Shown here: piece by piece, positions 47,583 to 58,877 of the stretch
Position numbering within the stretch: position 1 is the first letter of the stretch
Layout: the number at the start of each line of letters is the position of its first letter
Source of the DNA: an uncultured Pelagibacteraceae bacterium
GTDB lineage: Bacteria; Pseudomonadota; Alphaproteobacteria; Pelagibacterales; AG-422-B15
Direction of reading: 5' to 3'
Assembly: GCA_902544525.1 (NCBI GenBank)
Contig: CACCCN010000002.1
Coordinates: 17,416 to 81,415 of the forward strand
DNA: 64,000 bases
Notes under the pieces: model-generated
Seen by the model: the letters and a program-made list of their open reading frames with translations, nothing else
Database searches by the model: none
Told to the model about the DNA's origin: nothing
Translations under genes and position numbers: made by a program

Positions 47583-49499
47583 TTAAGATGTTTGAGGTTT
47601 TGGCTTAAAATCAGGCCCAACTTCCGATTTAGGCTTTCCACTTTTAGGAACAGACGGTCCTGCATTCTTAATCTCGTCCTCAGGATTAGCTCTATTTATT
47701 GAACCGTTCTTTAATAATACCTTTATTTCATCAAGCTCAAGTGTTTCATACTCAATCAAACCTTTTGCAAGAGTATGTAAATCTTTAATATTATCATTTA
47801 GAATTTCTTTTGTTTTTGCATATGCTTTATCAATAAGTTTTTTAATCTCAGAGTCGATAGCTTTTGCTGTTTCTTCAGAAACATTCTTATGTTTTTGAAC
47901 GGATCTTCCTAAAAAAACTTCTTCATCATTTTCTGAATATAAAACAGGTCCTAATTTTTCACTCATACCAAATTGAGTTACCATTTCTCTTGCTGTTTTA
48001 GTAACCTGCTGAATATCACTAGATGCACCAGAGGTAACTTTATCATGTCCAAAAATTATTTCTTCAGCAACCCTACCGCCAAGAGCGCTGACCATTCTTG
48101 CCTCATACTCTTCTCTTGTGACAGATATAATATCTCTTTCAGGAAGATACATAACCATACCTAGTGCTCTACCACGTGGAATAATAGTTGCTTTATGTAT
48201 TGGCATAGAAGCAGGAAGATTCAAGGAGCATAGTGCATGACCTGCCTCATGATAAGCAGTGAGCTTGATTTCATCCTCAGTCATCACAGCCGATCTTCTC
48301 TCTGCGCCAAATGCAACTTTATCTCTAGACTCTTCAAAATCTATCATCGTTACAACTTTTTTATTTTTTCTTGCTGCCAAAAGTGCTGACTCATTAACCA
48401 AGTTTGCAAGATCTGCTCCTGAGAATCCAGGTGTGCCTCTGGCTATAGTTCTAATATTTACATCTGGTGCATATGATATTTTTTTCATATGGACTTTTAA
48501 AATAGCCTGTCTTCCAACAAGATCAGGGCTTGGAACAACAACTTGTCTATCGAATCTACCCGGTCTTAACAGGGCCGGGTCAAGAACATCAGGTCTATTA
48601 GTAGCTGCCACTATAATTACACCTTCTTGTGCGTCGAAACCATCCATCTCAACTAAAATTTGATTAAGAGTTTGCTCTCTCTCATCATTTCCACCACCAA
48701 GGCCAGCACCACGACTCCTTCCAACAGCATCAATTTCATCTATAAATATTATACAAGGAGCATGTTTTCTTCCTTGTTCAAACATATCTCTAACTCTTGA
48801 AGCCCCAACACCTACAAACATTTCAACAAAGTCTGATCCAGATATACTGAAAAAAGGAACTCCAGCTTCGCCTGCTACAGCTCTAGCTAATAAAGTCTTT
48901 CCAGTTCCTGGTGAACCAACTAACAATGCTCCTTTAGGAATTCTTCCACCTAGTTTTTGAAACTTACGTGGATCCTTTAGAAATTCTACAATTTCAACTA
49001 ACTCTTCTTTTGACTCGTCAACTCCTGCAACATCGTTAAATGTAACTTTATTCTTATTTTCATTTAAAAGTTTTGCTTTTGACTTCCCGAAGCCCATTGC
49101 ACCGCCCTTGCCACCTTGCATCTGACGCATAAAAAATATCCATACTCCAATCAATAGAAGCATTGGGAACCATGAAATCAAAATTCCTAATAATGAAGGG
49201 TAACCGTCATCTAATGGGGCTGCAGAAATATTTACACCCATCTTTGTCAATTTCTCAACTAAAGCTGGATCATTAACTGCATATGTTTTAAATTTTCTAC
49301 CATCAGAAAAATTACCCGTAACATTGTTTCCCCTAATAGTTACATCGTTTACACTACCAGTATTAACATTTTCAAGAAATTGAGAGTAAGTTAAATCGAG
49401 TGTATTGGCAGTATTATTCGAATTAGGGTTAAAAAGATTAAATAGCCCGATAATTATTAAACCTATAAAAAGCCAAAGAACGATATTTTTTAAATTCAT
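47583..49499 (-). CDS. ftsH: ATP-dependent zinc metalloprotease FtsH
   Basis: Two N-terminal TM helices, Walker [12 protein letters not shown] region, HEAGHA zinc motif. Confidence 0.97.
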   Translation of the reverse strand: MNLKNIVLWLFIGLIIIGLFNLFNPNSNNTANTLDLTYSQFLENVNTGSVNDVTIRGNNVTGNFSDGRKFKTYAVNDPALVEKLTKMGVNISAAPLDDGYPSLLGILISWFPMLLLIGVWIFFMRQMQGGKGGAMGFGKSKAKLLNENKNKVTFNDVAGVDESKEELVEIVEFLKDPRKFQKLGGRIPKGALLVGSPGTGKTLLARAVAGEAGVPFFSISGSDFVEMFVGVGASRVRDMFEQGRKHAPCIIFIDEIDAVGRSRGAGLGGGNDEREQTLNQILVEMDGFDAQEGVIIVAATNRPDVLDPALLRPGRFDRQVVVPSPDLVGRQAILKVHMKKISYAPDVNIRTIARGTPGFSGADLANLVNESALLAARKNKKVVTMIDFEESRDKVAFGAERRSAVMTEDEIKLTAYHEAGHALCSLNLPASMPIHKATIIPRGRALGMVMYLPERDIISVTREEYEARMVSALGGRVAEEIIFGHDKVTSGASSDIQQVTKTAREMVTQFGMSEKLGPVLYSENDEEVFLGRSVQKHKNVSEETAKAIDSEIKKLIDKAYAKTKEILNDNIKDLHTLAKGLIEYETLELDEIKVLLKNGSINRANPEDEIKNAGPSVPKSGKPKSEVGPDFKPKPQTS

Positions 49500-49595
49500 A
49501 ATATTTTGTAAATTAGTTTAGTATATATGTAATAACTATTTAAGCACTTACAAGACTAATAATAATTTGAAAATATGTTATATTTCAATACCTTA

Positions 49596-50927
49596 TTATA
49601 CCCTTGCTTCTTCTAAAAGCTCATAAATATCAGTTAATTCATATTTATTAATAGTTTTAACTTTTTTATCGCTAAAACCAATACTAGGAACTGCAACTAA
49701 TTGCTTCTGCTTCCAAATACTTAAATATGAGCTAGCATGTTCATGCTTCAACAGCTTAAGCTTATCTTTGTATTTTTTAGGAAGCATGTCTTTTCCGTCA
49801 GATCCGAGATACCTTAAAACTAGCCCTTTTGCGTAATTGGTTTTCATCGAAACCTTATATATTTCGCGCCAAATAAAATTCTGAGCCTTAATCTTTTTTT
49901 CAAAAAGACTCCTAGATACCTCAGGTAGAATTATCATTTTATTTTCTCTAATTTCTACAATACATCCTGCGATAGTAAATTTTTTTCGATTTTTTTTCTC
50001 AGTGTATTCAAGTAAATTTTGGATATTCTTAGATCTTGGTAAATATTTACCGTTGCCGGCAAGTTTTAAAATTTTAGATATTGATCGATATTTGATTTCT
50101 TCTGGTAATGATTTAAATGTCCTTAATGATATAGAAAATAAACCATTGTCATTAACAGATAAAAATTTTCTAATAGATGTATTCAGTAAATAGTTTATAG
50201 AGTTATTTGCATCTTTTAAATTTTTGATTGTCTTTTTTAATCTTAGATCATCTAAGCCTTCATTGATTAAATGTTGAGTTACTTTTCTTACTCTTGATCT
50301 ATCAAAGCTATCATTATAATTAGTTGGATCTAGAATATATTTTTGATCCTCATTAGCTAAAAAAGATATCAAAGATTTTTTTGTATATTTTAAAAGGGGT
50401 CTAAATATGATTGTTTTGTGTTTATTAAATTTAAATTTCTCTTGAAGCGACCCAAGCCCTTTAATACCACTGCCCCTAATCATTCTTAAAAGGATATTTT
50501 CAACTTGGTCATCAAAATGATGACCCGTAAACAAATATTTTGCATTGATTCTTTCGCACTCTTTAATTAAAAGCGCATAACGTTTATTTCTTGCTTCTGT
50601 TAAAATATTTGATCTTGGTTTAGGGTTTTTCCATTTTAAGATTTTGTGCCTAATTTTTTTTTTCTTTAATTCAGAAGATAACCACTTTAATTCACTGGAG
50701 GAAGATTTTCTTAAGCCATGATCAATACTTAAGGCATTTAATTCAATATTATTTTGAGTTGCATATTCATTTAATAAAATTGTAAGTGCCAAGCTATCTG
50801 GTCCTCCAGACACTGCTACGGCAATTTTTTTTGATAATTTTAGTTTTGCTAAGCTTTTGAATAAATCATTTTTTAAAATAGGGTGAGATACTCTAAACTT
50901 TTTTGCCTTAGTTAATTTTACAACCAT
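49596..50927 (-). CDS. tilS: tRNA(Ile)-lysidine synthase
   Basis: PP-loop AVSGGPDS. Canonical position between cpoB and ftsH. Confidence 0.85.
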   Translation of the reverse strand: MVVKLTKAKKFRVSHPILKNDLFKSLAKLKLSKKIAVAVSGGPDSLALTILLNEYATQNNIELNALSIDHGLRKSSSSELKWLSSELKKKKIRHKILKWKNPKPRSNILTEARNKRYALLIKECERINAKYLFTGHHFDDQVENILLRMIRGSGIKGLGSLQEKFKFNKHKTIIFRPLLKYTKKSLISFLANEDQKYILDPTNYNDSFDRSRVRKVTQHLINEGLDDLRLKKTIKNLKDANNSINYLLNTSIRKFLSVNDNGLFSISLRTFKSLPEEIKYRSISKILKLAGNGKYLPRSKNIQNLLEYTEKKNRKKFTIAGCIVEIRENKMIILPEVSRSLFEKKIKAQNFIWREIYKVSMKTNYAKGLVLRYLGSDGKDMLPKKYKDKLKLLKHEHASSYLSIWKQKQLVAVPSIGFSDKKVKTINKYELTDIYELLEEARV

Positions 50928-51900
50928 TTCTTTTTATTTCTATATCACCTCTATCTAGAATAGATTGGTCTGTTTCTGAAAAGCTAATTCTAAGTTGTGC
51001 TAATGAGGCGCATCCTTGCTCAATTTGTCCCATTTTAATTAATGATATTCCTAGTTTTAATAGACCGCTTGAAGCTTTAGGGCTTTCTGAATGATTTTGA
51101 TATAATGACAAGTAATTTTTAGCGGCATCTTTATAGTTTTCTCTTACATAATAGGTTTCAGCAAGCCAAAAATATGCATTTGATTTAAGATCTTTTTCTT
51201 TTGAAATTTTGATGAATTCCTTAAGCGCTTTTTCAGCTCCTTCATAATCACCAGATGTGAGAAGATTTATACTAAATTCATATTGTTCTGCTTCAGTTCC
51301 TTCAGGGAGCAAAAGTAACTCCACCTTATTATCTTCTACTAGTATTAAACTTTCTTGATCAACTGTGGATGTAATTTCTTGTTCATCTGCAAAGCTATTT
51401 TCATCTATTGAACTATTTTCACTTTCAATTGGCATTGTTAGTGTGCCTAAATTTTTTGGAGCTAGATCATAATCAACTTGTTCCTGTTCAGTAGATAATA
51501 GAGTCTCATTTTTTTCAGATGTTGTTTTAATACTTACATCAGAAAATCTCATTTCAGTATCAGCTTTAAAATTATTAAAATTATTTATTAATGATTGTAA
51601 GCTAAATAAAACTTCTTCTATATCACCTGTCAATTCCTGTATTTGATTCTGTAACTCTGAAATTTGAATTGATTGCCGTGTAATTATTGACTCGTAGTTT
51701 GTTGCATCAAAATTTCCTTGGCTTGAATTAGTTTTATTAAATGTTGCTTTTTCTAAAACTTTAATTCTATTCTCGATTGTATTAATTTTAGAGATAATTT
51801 CTTCGATTGAATTTGCTTTTACTGAAGGCAATAAGCAAATGGATGCAATACATACGTAAAAAATTACTTTTACATACACATTAAATATAAGCCTATTCAT
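50908..51900 (-). CDS. cpoB: Tol-Pal system protein CpoB/YbgF
   Basis: Signal peptide, coiled-coil N domain, C-terminal TPR (YFWLAETYYVRENYKDAAKNY). Lies downstream of pal. Confidence 0.75.
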   Translation of the reverse strand: MNRLIFNVYVKVIFYVCIASICLLPSVKANSIEEIISKINTIENRIKVLEKATFNKTNSSQGNFDATNYESIITRQSIQISELQNQIQELTGDIEEVLFSLQSLINNFNNFKADTEMRFSDVSIKTTSEKNETLLSTEQEQVDYDLAPKNLGTLTMPIESENSSIDENSFADEQEITSTVDQESLILVEDNKVELLLLPEGTEAEQYEFSINLLTSGDYEGAEKALKEFIKISKEKDLKSNAYFWLAETYYVRENYKDAAKNYLSLYQNHSESPKASSGLLKLGISLIKMGQIEQGCASLAQLRISFSETDQSILDRGDIEIKRNGCKIN

Positions 51901-51974
51901 AACATTTAATGGATCACAGCTATTTGTCTAAATAAAGGCAAATAGCTGCGATAAAAATTTGATATTGTATTTCT

Positions 51975-52484
51975 TTAATTTGTTCTTACTGAAACAGAAC
52001 GTCTATTTTGAGCCCAAGCAGTATCATTTGAACCACTTTTTACTGGTCTCTCTTTTCCATAACTTATAGTGCTTATTCTATTTGAACTAATACCTTGACT
52101 CATTAAATAGTCTTTTACTGAAGATGCTCTTCTATCACCCAGTGCTAAGTTATACTCTCTAGTTCCTCTTTCATCTGCATGACCTTCAACTGCTATTGCA
52201 ACAGATGGATTTGCTTTAAGCCATTTCGCCTGTTTATTTAATGTTGCTTGAGCTGAAGCTGCTAATGAATAACTGTCATATGCAAAAAATACTCTATCAG
52301 GAACATCTATCGCTAACATTTCAACAGTATCTGTTCCAACATAAATACCTCCTACGACGTCACTTTGACTAGTAGAACTAGAACTAGATGACGTTTCTGT
52401 AGGTGCTGTAGCACAAGCTGCGAGAAATGATGTTAATAGCATAATAGCAAACAGGTTGCTAAATTTTTTGACGCTTTGAGTCAT
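51975..52484 (-). CDS. pal: peptidoglycan-associated lipoprotein Pal
   Basis: Lipobox LAAC and an OmpA-like domain (FAYDSYSL...EGHADERGTREYNLALGDRRA). Confidence 0.9.
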   Translation of the reverse strand: MTQSVKKFSNLFAIMLLTSFLAACATAPTETSSSSSSTSQSDVVGGIYVGTDTVEMLAIDVPDRVFFAYDSYSLAASAQATLNKQAKWLKANPSVAIAVEGHADERGTREYNLALGDRRASSVKDYLMSQGISSNRISTISYGKERPVKSGSNDTAWAQNRRSVSVRTN

Positions 52485-52582
52485 TTGTATATTTTCTCCT
52501 AAATTTTAATATTGCCCCTTTAATACTCTATTTATTTAATAGAACCAAGTCTAGTTAAAATTAAGACTATTTTGTTGCAAAT

Positions 52583-53911
52583 TTATTGCAATAAATTGGA
52601 CCAAGCAGGGTCTGAACCATCTTGAGGTGTCTCAATTTCACGTTCATTGAAACCTGTCAAGTCAATCGACCATAGTGTTGAAGAATGGCCTTGTCCGTCT
52701 TCATTAGCTGCGGTTTCTCTATAAAATATCAAAACCCTGCCATTTGGTGACCATGATGGAGCTTCTTGATACCAATTTTCAGTCAGAAGTCTCTCACCTT
52801 CTCCATTAGTTCTCATTACTCCTATAGCATAATTTCCTTTAAAGTTTTTTGTAAAAGCAATTAAATCACCTCTTGGAGACCATACTGGAGTAGCATAATT
52901 GCCGCCTTCATTCGATATTCTTTTCTGATTTCTTCCATCATTATCCATTACATATATTTGTTGGCTTCCGCCTCTGTCAGAGTTAAAAGTTATTTTTTTT
53001 CCATCTGGAGAATAACTTGGAGAAGTATCGATGGCTGGATTATTAGTTAACCTAGTAACAACTCTACTTTTTAAATCCATTACATATATATCTGAGTTGC
53101 CATCCTTTGCTAAGCTCATAATAATTTTATTTCCATCTGGAGAAAATCTTGGAGCAAATGTCATGCCTGGAAAATCACCAACAACTTCTTGATTGCCAGT
53201 CTCAATATTAAGCAGGTAAACTCTTGGTAAATTTTTAAAATAAGACAAATAAGTGATCTCTTGTTTGGTTGGATTAAACCGCGGTGTAAGAACTAGTTCT
53301 TTACCACTGGTTAAATGTCGATGGTTTTCACCGTCTTGATCCATGATTGCTAATTTTTTTATTCTTTGATTCTTTGGGCCACTTTCTGAGACATATAAAA
53401 TTCTAGTATCAAAATATCCTTTTTCACCTGTTAACCTCTCATAGACTTTATCAGATATCATATGACTAATACGCCTCCAGTTATCAAGAGTAGTAATTAG
53501 AACTAGTGCCTCTAATTCTTTTTCAGCAAGTGTATCCCATAACCTAAACTCTACGCGTAGTTTGTCGCCATCAACTATCTTAAGTTTGCCAGTTACCAAG
53601 GCTTGTGATTTAATCAGTCGCCAATCTTCAAATCTAGGTCTCAGATGCATTGCGGCATTTTTTTGAATGAATGCCTCTTCATTTATTGGATCAAATAATC
53701 CACATCGCTCTAGATCTGCTTCTACAACATCCGATAAATTATTTGAAATTTCACTTAATATTACTGCATCGACATCATCATAAAAAAAATTAGTTATTGC
53801 TATAGGTAATGGTTCTCTATTTCCTTCTGTAATATCAATTTCAATTAGAGCAACAGCATTAGTAATTGATAAAAGGGTAAAGAATAAAATATTTTGTATA
53901 AGATTTTTCAT
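52583..53911 (-). CDS. tolB: Tol-Pal system beta-propeller protein TolB
   Basis: Repeated P-x-(F/W)SPDG blades: RFSPDG, SYSPDG, WSPRG, WSPNG. Confidence 0.9.
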   Translation of the reverse strand: MKNLIQNILFFTLLSITNAVALIEIDITEGNREPLPIAITNFFYDDVDAVILSEISNNLSDVVEADLERCGLFDPINEEAFIQKNAAMHLRPRFEDWRLIKSQALVTGKLKIVDGDKLRVEFRLWDTLAEKELEALVLITTLDNWRRISHMISDKVYERLTGEKGYFDTRILYVSESGPKNQRIKKLAIMDQDGENHRHLTSGKELVLTPRFNPTKQEITYLSYFKNLPRVYLLNIETGNQEVVGDFPGMTFAPRFSPDGNKIIMSLAKDGNSDIYVMDLKSRVVTRLTNNPAIDTSPSYSPDGKKITFNSDRGGSQQIYVMDNDGRNQKRISNEGGNYATPVWSPRGDLIAFTKNFKGNYAIGVMRTNGEGERLLTENWYQEAPSWSPNGRVLIFYRETAANEDGQGHSSTLWSIDLTGFNEREIETPQDGSDPAWSNLLQ

Positions 53912-53915
53912 TTAA

Positions 53916-54722
53916 CTACCTTAAAATATCTCTTGGATCAAAGTTTAATTGTAATTCTTTCCAATCATCATATCTTTCTACAGCAGGTGTTTTTATGGGA
54001 TCACATCTTCTTACAGCCCTCAAGGCACTTTCTGCTAATACTTTAAAGTATTTTTGACTTGGTTTGTTCATTCTTTGGTGGTCAGTAACTTCGGGTGGTT
54101 TCATTAGAGATCCGTCAGGTCTTAGTGATATTTTAACTTTTACAACCAAGCTATCATCTTCAGGCATTCCAATCGGTATACTCCAACAGCGCAAAAACTG
54201 CGATCTAATAGCATCTTCCTCACTTAAAGTTAATTTATTAACCAATGTATCAGTCGAGTCTAATGACTCATACTCTTCATCTTTTACATCTTGGGTTGGC
54301 TTCGTATCTTTAGCCATATCTATAAGTTCAGCAATTTTAAGAGGATCAAAATTATCTTTTTTCTTTATGACTGGTTTCCTTATTGGCATATTAACTACTG
54401 ATTTTTTTTCAACTACTTCGGGTTTTATAATTTCTTCATCTGCGGCTGGATCTTTTACTTTTTCATCTGATTTTTCTAATTTTGGCTTCAAAACTGGTTG
54501 ATTAATTTTTACATCTTCTTTTTTTTTCTCGCTATCTTCTTTTTCTTCAATTTCTCTTTTACTAACTTCTGGTACATTCGTCTGCTCAGTAATTTCAAGT
54601 ATTTCTACCTGTACAATTGGTGGAATATCTATTTTTTGATTATTAAATATAGGAAGTCCCATAACTGTTAAGATAATAAATCCAGTATGAAGAAGTAACG
54701 AGATGATGATAGAAAATTGCAT
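53916..54722 (-). CDS. tolA: TolA-like cell envelope integrity protein
   Basis: N-terminal TM helix, Lys/Glu-rich linker, C-terminal globular domain. Located between tolR and tolB. Confidence 0.65.
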   Translation of the reverse strand: MQFSIIISLLLHTGFIILTVMGLPIFNNQKIDIPPIVQVEILEITEQTNVPEVSKREIEEKEDSEKKKEDVKINQPVLKPKLEKSDEKVKDPAADEEIIKPEVVEKKSVVNMPIRKPVIKKKDNFDPLKIAELIDMAKDTKPTQDVKDEEYESLDSTDTLVNKLTLSEEDAIRSQFLRCWSIPIGMPEDDSLVVKVKISLRPDGSLMKPPEVTDHQRMNKPSQKYFKVLAESALRAVRRCDPIKTPAVERYDDWKELQLNFDPRDILR

Positions 54723-54740
54723 AATTGAATCATCACATAC

Positions 54741-55145
54741 TTAATTAGTTATTGGCTTTGTTATTAGGGCTACTTTTGAGAAACCTGAACCAGATAACTC
54801 GCCAAGTACTCGCATCACTTTACCATAATTGATAATTTCATCACCTCTTACATAAATTTTAGTATCAAGCCTATTATCAGTTATAGCAATTAATTTTGGT
54901 ATTAACTCTTTAATATTAATTTCTGTTTCTTGAATAAAAATACTTCCATCTTTTGATATTGTCAGTTCCAAAGGTTCGTTATCAGCTTGTAAACTATCAG
55001 CATTACTCTCAGGCAAATCAACTTGAACACCAACAGTTAATAATGGTGCTGTTACCATAAAGATAATAAGCAGCACCAACATCACATCTACAAATGGTGT
55101 TACATTTATTTCGCTGAAAGGTTTGGATTTAATATTTCTAGGCAT
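54741..55145 (-). CDS. tolR: TolR (ExbD family)
   Basis: INVTPFVDVMLVLLIIFMV TM segment with the conserved Asp. Confidence 0.85.
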   Translation of the reverse strand: MPRNIKSKPFSEINVTPFVDVMLVLLIIFMVTAPLLTVGVQVDLPESNADSLQADNEPLELTISKDGSIFIQETEINIKELIPKLIAITDNRLDTKIYVRGDEIINYGKVMRVLGELSGSGFSKVALITKPITN

Positions 55146-55154
55146 AAAATAAAA

Positions 55155-55862
55155 TCAATTCACCTTCTTCTTATCTAAACCTCTTAAGAAAATATTTTTG
55201 AACTGATCTTTAAATCTGTACATACGAGCAGCCTCCTTATTCACCTGACCGGTAAACAAGTTATAGGCAATAACAGCTGGGATTGCCGCTAATAATCCAA
55301 GCGCTGTAGCAAATAAAGCTTCAGCAATGCCTGGAGCAACTACAGCTAGGCTAGTATTCTTTGATATCGCAATTGACTGAAAAGAATTCATAATTCCCCA
55401 TACTGTTCCAAATAAACCAATAAAAGGTGATGTAGAACCAATTGTTGCTAAATAATTAAATAAGCTAGAGAGTTTTTCACTCTCTAGTTCAATTGATGAT
55501 TCAATTACAGTATCAAGTCGGTCTGGAAGTGAAGCAATACTCTTTTCACTTTCAGACTTCTTAATTTCTTTTAGCGCTTCGTCAAATACGTTTTTAACTG
55601 GAAATGACTCTGATTCTAAAAACTCAGCCTGAATTTCCTTAATAGATTTTCCTGACCAAAAGATTGAATCAAATTCATCACTTAATTTTTTGATATTTCT
55701 AAATAATCTTATTTTTTGAATAATTATTGCCCATGAAAATATTGATGCAGCAAATAGCATTAAAATAACTAGCTTAACAACTAGGTCGGCTCTAAAGAAC
55801 AATGACATGAGCGTAAACTCATCATTTACTTGAGAACTTATTTCTAAAATATCAGTTTCCAT
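55155..55862 (-). CDS. tolQ: TolQ (MotA/ExbB family)
   Basis: Three TM helices. [18 protein letters not shown] and [16 protein letters not shown] motifs. Confidence 0.9.
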   Translation of the reverse strand: METDILEISSQVNDEFTLMSLFFRADLVVKLVILMLFAASIFSWAIIIQKIRLFRNIKKLSDEFDSIFWSGKSIKEIQAEFLESESFPVKNVFDEALKEIKKSESEKSIASLPDRLDTVIESSIELESEKLSSLFNYLATIGSTSPFIGLFGTVWGIMNSFQSIAISKNTSLAVVAPGIAEALFATALGLLAAIPAVIAYNLFTGQVNKEAARMYRFKDQFKNIFLRGLDKKKVN

Positions 55863-55909
55863 AAAACCTTAGTGAATTAAAAAAATGTCATAATTTAGGC
55901 AATATTTAT

Positions 55910-56293
55910 CTAATCACTCATGCCTTTTTCTTTTATTAAAAGTTTATAAAGTTCTAAAAAATCATCTAATTTGAGAACACACAATGAATCCCCTGTTTCT
56001 TGCCTATTTCTTCTTGTAATCACTATAGGCATCGCATCTGATTGAGATATCTCTATATTTTCTTTTACTTGAGCAACAGATTGATGAATCTGAAACTTTT
56101 CTGTTCGTTTTGCCTCGACATATATATGTGGAGTATTTTTTAAATCACTGCCACCTGATGATTTAACGGCACCACCACCTGATAAAGGGGCTCTTTGAAC
56201 AAGATCTTCATCACCAAAAACAATTTTATTAAAATATTTTGCCAGTTCTCTTTCATATCCATCGCCTTTTCTTTTCGGTGCTTTTCCTGACAT
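55910..56293 (-). CDS. PD-(D/E)XK nuclease-fold protein, Hjc/VRR-NUC-like
   Basis: KGDGYERELAKYF...RAPLSGG...SDL-x8-YVEAKR follows the G-x-x-ER-x-L / SG / D...E-x-K pattern of archaeal-type Holliday junction resolvases. Confidence 0.5.
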   Translation of the reverse strand: MSGKAPKRKGDGYERELAKYFNKIVFGDEDLVQRAPLSGGGAVKSSGGSDLKNTPHIYVEAKRTEKFQIHQSVAQVKENIEISQSDAMPIVITRRNRQETGDSLCVLKLDDFLELYKLLIKEKGMSD

Positions 56294-56365
56294 ATTGATT
56301 TCGAATCAAATTATTTATGATCTAAAGGATAATTTAATTATCAATAAATAAAAAGTTAATAATAG

Positions 56366-57109
56366 CTAGGCTAGGCTTGAAATGTCTTCTTCAGATACAT
56401 CATAATTTGAAAATACTGATTGAACATCTTCATTATCATCCAACTCATCTAATAAATTAAAAAGAGTTTTGATTTTTTCTCCTGTAACTTCAACTAAACT
56501 AGATGGCTTCCACAAAAAGCCTGAAGACTCAGGTTCACTAAAAATGGTCTCAAGAGATGAATAAAAAATCGACAAGTTTTCGGGTAAACAAAGAGCTTCA
56601 AAACAATCATCTTCAAATAAACAGTCTTCAGCTCCAGCTTCTATTGCAGATGAAAAAAAATCATCTTGGGATGAAATCGTTGAAGGGTATTTTAAAAATC
56701 CATATCGAATAAATTGATGCGAAACCGATCCACTCTCTGCGAAACTCCCTCCATTCTTTTGAAATATTGCTCTAATATCTGCTGCAGATCGATTCCGATT
56801 ATCTGTTAGAGCTTCAACAATTATAGAAGTTCCAGCGGGACCAAAACCCTCATATCTTATCTCTTCAAATGAATCCATGGCCTTATCCGAGGACTTCTTT
56901 ATAGCCCTTTCAATATTCTCTCGCGGAAAGCTTGCAGCTTTTGCAACTTGGATTGCGGATCTCAGTCGGGCATTTTGATCAGGATCTGGCATACCCATTT
57001 TTGCAGCAACAGTTATTTCTTTAGAGAGCTTAGAAAATAAGACAGCTCTTTTTTTATCTTGAGCACCTTTTCGAAATTGAATATTTTTGAACTTTGAATG
57101 GCCAGCCAT
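56366..57109 (-). CDS. yebC: YebC/PmpR family DNA-binding regulator
   Basis: MAGHSKFKNIQFRKGAQDKKR N-terminus, diagnostic of the family. Confidence 0.9.
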   Translation of the reverse strand: MAGHSKFKNIQFRKGAQDKKRAVLFSKLSKEITVAAKMGMPDPDQNARLRSAIQVAKAASFPRENIERAIKKSSDKAMDSFEEIRYEGFGPAGTSIIVEALTDNRNRSAADIRAIFQKNGGSFAESGSVSHQFIRYGFLKYPSTISSQDDFFSSAIEAGAEDCLFEDDCFEALCLPENLSIFYSSLETIFSEPESSGFLWKPSSLVEVTGEKIKTLFNLLDELDDNEDVQSVFSNYDVSEEDISSLA

Positions 57110-57112
57110 AAA

Positions 57113-57913
57113 TTAAACTCCCAGTACACCACCAACTTTAATCGGCTTAATGTTTTTAGCTAGTCCAGTCTCTGCGTCAGATTCAATAATAACTCCACAA
57201 ATAGTAGCTTCGCCCATAGCGGGTGAAAACTTGGATTTACTTTTAATACCTTGAAATCTGTCAAGAATTGGCTCCTTACTCATACCAATTATTGAATTGT
57301 AATCACCACACATACCTGCATCTGTCTGATAAGCAGTGCCTTTTGGCAGTATATGACTATCTGCAGTTGGAACATGTTGATGTGTACCCACTACTGCAGT
57401 TACTCGACCATCTAAATGATGTCCCATTGCAACTTTTTCACTCGTTGCTTCAGCATGAAAATCAACGAAAATAAATTTTAATTCAGAGTTCAGTTGATTT
57501 TTCTTGAGGATCTCTTCAACTTTCAAGAAGGGATTATCGTCCGATTTCATAAATACATTACCTATCAAATTTATGACCATAATGGCATCATTTTGCTTAG
57601 TCTTATAAATATTAAATCCTAATCCTGGCGTACCTTGAGGAAAGTTATAAGGCTTTAATAAGTTATTATCTCTTTCAATATAATCAGAAATTTCTTTTTG
57701 ATCCCATAGATGATTGCCTGTTGTAATTACATCGCATCCATAAGAATAAAGATCTTTGCAGATATTTTCAGTAATTCCAAATCCACCAGCAGAATTTTCT
57801 CCATTTATAATTGTAAAGTCAATTTGATTACTTTTCTGAATATTTTTGAGATTAGACTGTATAGCTGTTCTTCCAGCCCTACCAATTACATCCCCTAGAA
57901 ATAAAACTTTCAT
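57113..57913 (-). CDS. YmdB-like metallophosphoesterase (TIGR00282 family)
   Basis: LFLGDVIGRAGR, GENSAGGFG, DFHAEATSEK, GTHQHVPTAD. Confidence 0.8.
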   Translation of the reverse strand: MKVLFLGDVIGRAGRTAIQSNLKNIQKSNQIDFTIINGENSAGGFGITENICKDLYSYGCDVITTGNHLWDQKEISDYIERDNNLLKPYNFPQGTPGLGFNIYKTKQNDAIMVINLIGNVFMKSDDNPFLKVEEILKKNQLNSELKFIFVDFHAEATSEKVAMGHHLDGRVTAVVGTHQHVPTADSHILPKGTAYQTDAGMCGDYNSIIGMSKEPILDRFQGIKSKSKFSPAMGEATICGVIIESDAETGLAKNIKPIKVGGVLGV

Positions 57914-58492
57914 TTAAACCTTATATAGATACTTTTCAGTCAATATCCAATTGAGTTTTTTATCATTAATATTATTTGGCACTTCATATATTTTTTGAAA
58001 CGAGTAGCCTACCCCTATTTTTAGTAAATGCATATTCTCAGTATCATGAGCGTCAATGTATTTGTCGTAATATCCTCCACCATAACCTAAGCGATTACCA
58101 TTTTCATCAAAAGCAAGTAAGGGAATAAATAATACAGAAGGATAAACTATTTTATTGTTTTGGTTAGGCTCTAAGATACCATATTTTCCACTTATCAATT
58201 GATCAGTGCCATTCCATTCCCGAAATAACATTTCATCAGATTCATCATTAATACATGGAAGGGAAATTGAAAAATTTTTTGATATTAAGAACTTTATTAA
58301 ATCATTAGTATTAATTTCATTATTGTAAGCCTGAAAGATAGAAATAGACTTTCCATTAAACGAATTTATTAATGGCTCTATATGAATATGCAAATTATTA
58401 GATAGCTCGTTGATATTTGAATTAGAAGTTCTTCGATCGAGTAAAAATTTACGTAAAGCTGATTTGTCCAACATATTGTTAAGATCAGACAT
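57914..58492 (-). CDS. 5-formyltetrahydrofolate cyclo-ligase
   Basis: C-terminal PLLAFDENGNRLGYGGGYYD motif. Adjacent to zapA as in many Proteobacteria. Confidence 0.8.
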   Translation of the reverse strand: MSDLNNMLDKSALRKFLLDRRTSNSNINELSNNLHIHIEPLINSFNGKSISIFQAYNNEINTNDLIKFLISKNFSISLPCINDESDEMLFREWNGTDQLISGKYGILEPNQNNKIVYPSVLFIPLLAFDENGNRLGYGGGYYDKYIDAHDTENMHLLKIGVGYSFQKIYEVPNNINDKKLNWILTEKYLYKV

Positions 58493-58510
58493 AATAATTG
58501 TTAAATGTTG

Positions 58511-58873
58511 CTAATTTATTGAAGCAATTTTACTTAAAAGATCATTAATTTTTTCATTGGTCAGTTCAACATAATCAGTACTTTTGTTTTGATTATTAAC
58601 TGTTCTTTTTTCATTCTCGTCTAATGAAGCCTCAAGTGATTTGATTTTTATAAGACTGTCTTTGCTCTGTTTCTCTAGTTCTTGCGCTTGATCAGCCATA
58701 AGCAATGAAGCCATTACCATAAGCCTGGTTTCCCCTATTTTTCCAAACCTTTTTGTTAATTCTCTTACTTTAAAGTCGATTTGTGCCGCTAAGGACTTTA
58801 AATGTTGTTCCTCTCCCGGGTCGCATACCACGGTGTAGTCTTGATCATTGATGTTAATATTTATTTCAGGCAT
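58511..58873 (-). CDS. zapA: cell division protein ZapA
   Basis: About 120 aa, with an N-terminal beta region (INININDQDYTVVC) followed by a long coiled coil. Conserved neighbourhood. Confidence 0.7.
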   Translation of the reverse strand: MPEINININDQDYTVVCDPGEEQHLKSLAAQIDFKVRELTKRFGKIGETRLMVMASLLMADQAQELEKQSKDSLIKIKSLEASLDENEKRTVNNQNKSTDYVELTNEKINDLLSKIASIN

Positions 58874-58877
58874 AAAT

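Noticed and set aside
51917-51948. 10-bp hairpin CAGCTATTTG-12 nt-CAAATAGCTG between pal and cpoB
   Set aside because: There is no U-tract on the transcribed (minus) strand, so it is not a canonical terminator. A stem of this size is within chance expectation. It could be an RNA processing or stability element, but there is no supporting evidence.
58493-58510. Looked for 6S RNA (ssrS), which in many Proteobacteria lies between zapA and the 5-formyl-THF cyclo-ligase gene
   Set aside because: Only 18 nt separate the two genes here, and no other spacer near the locus is long enough (the 171-nt gap at 59142-59312 is a divergent promoter region). 6S RNA, if present, is elsewhere.
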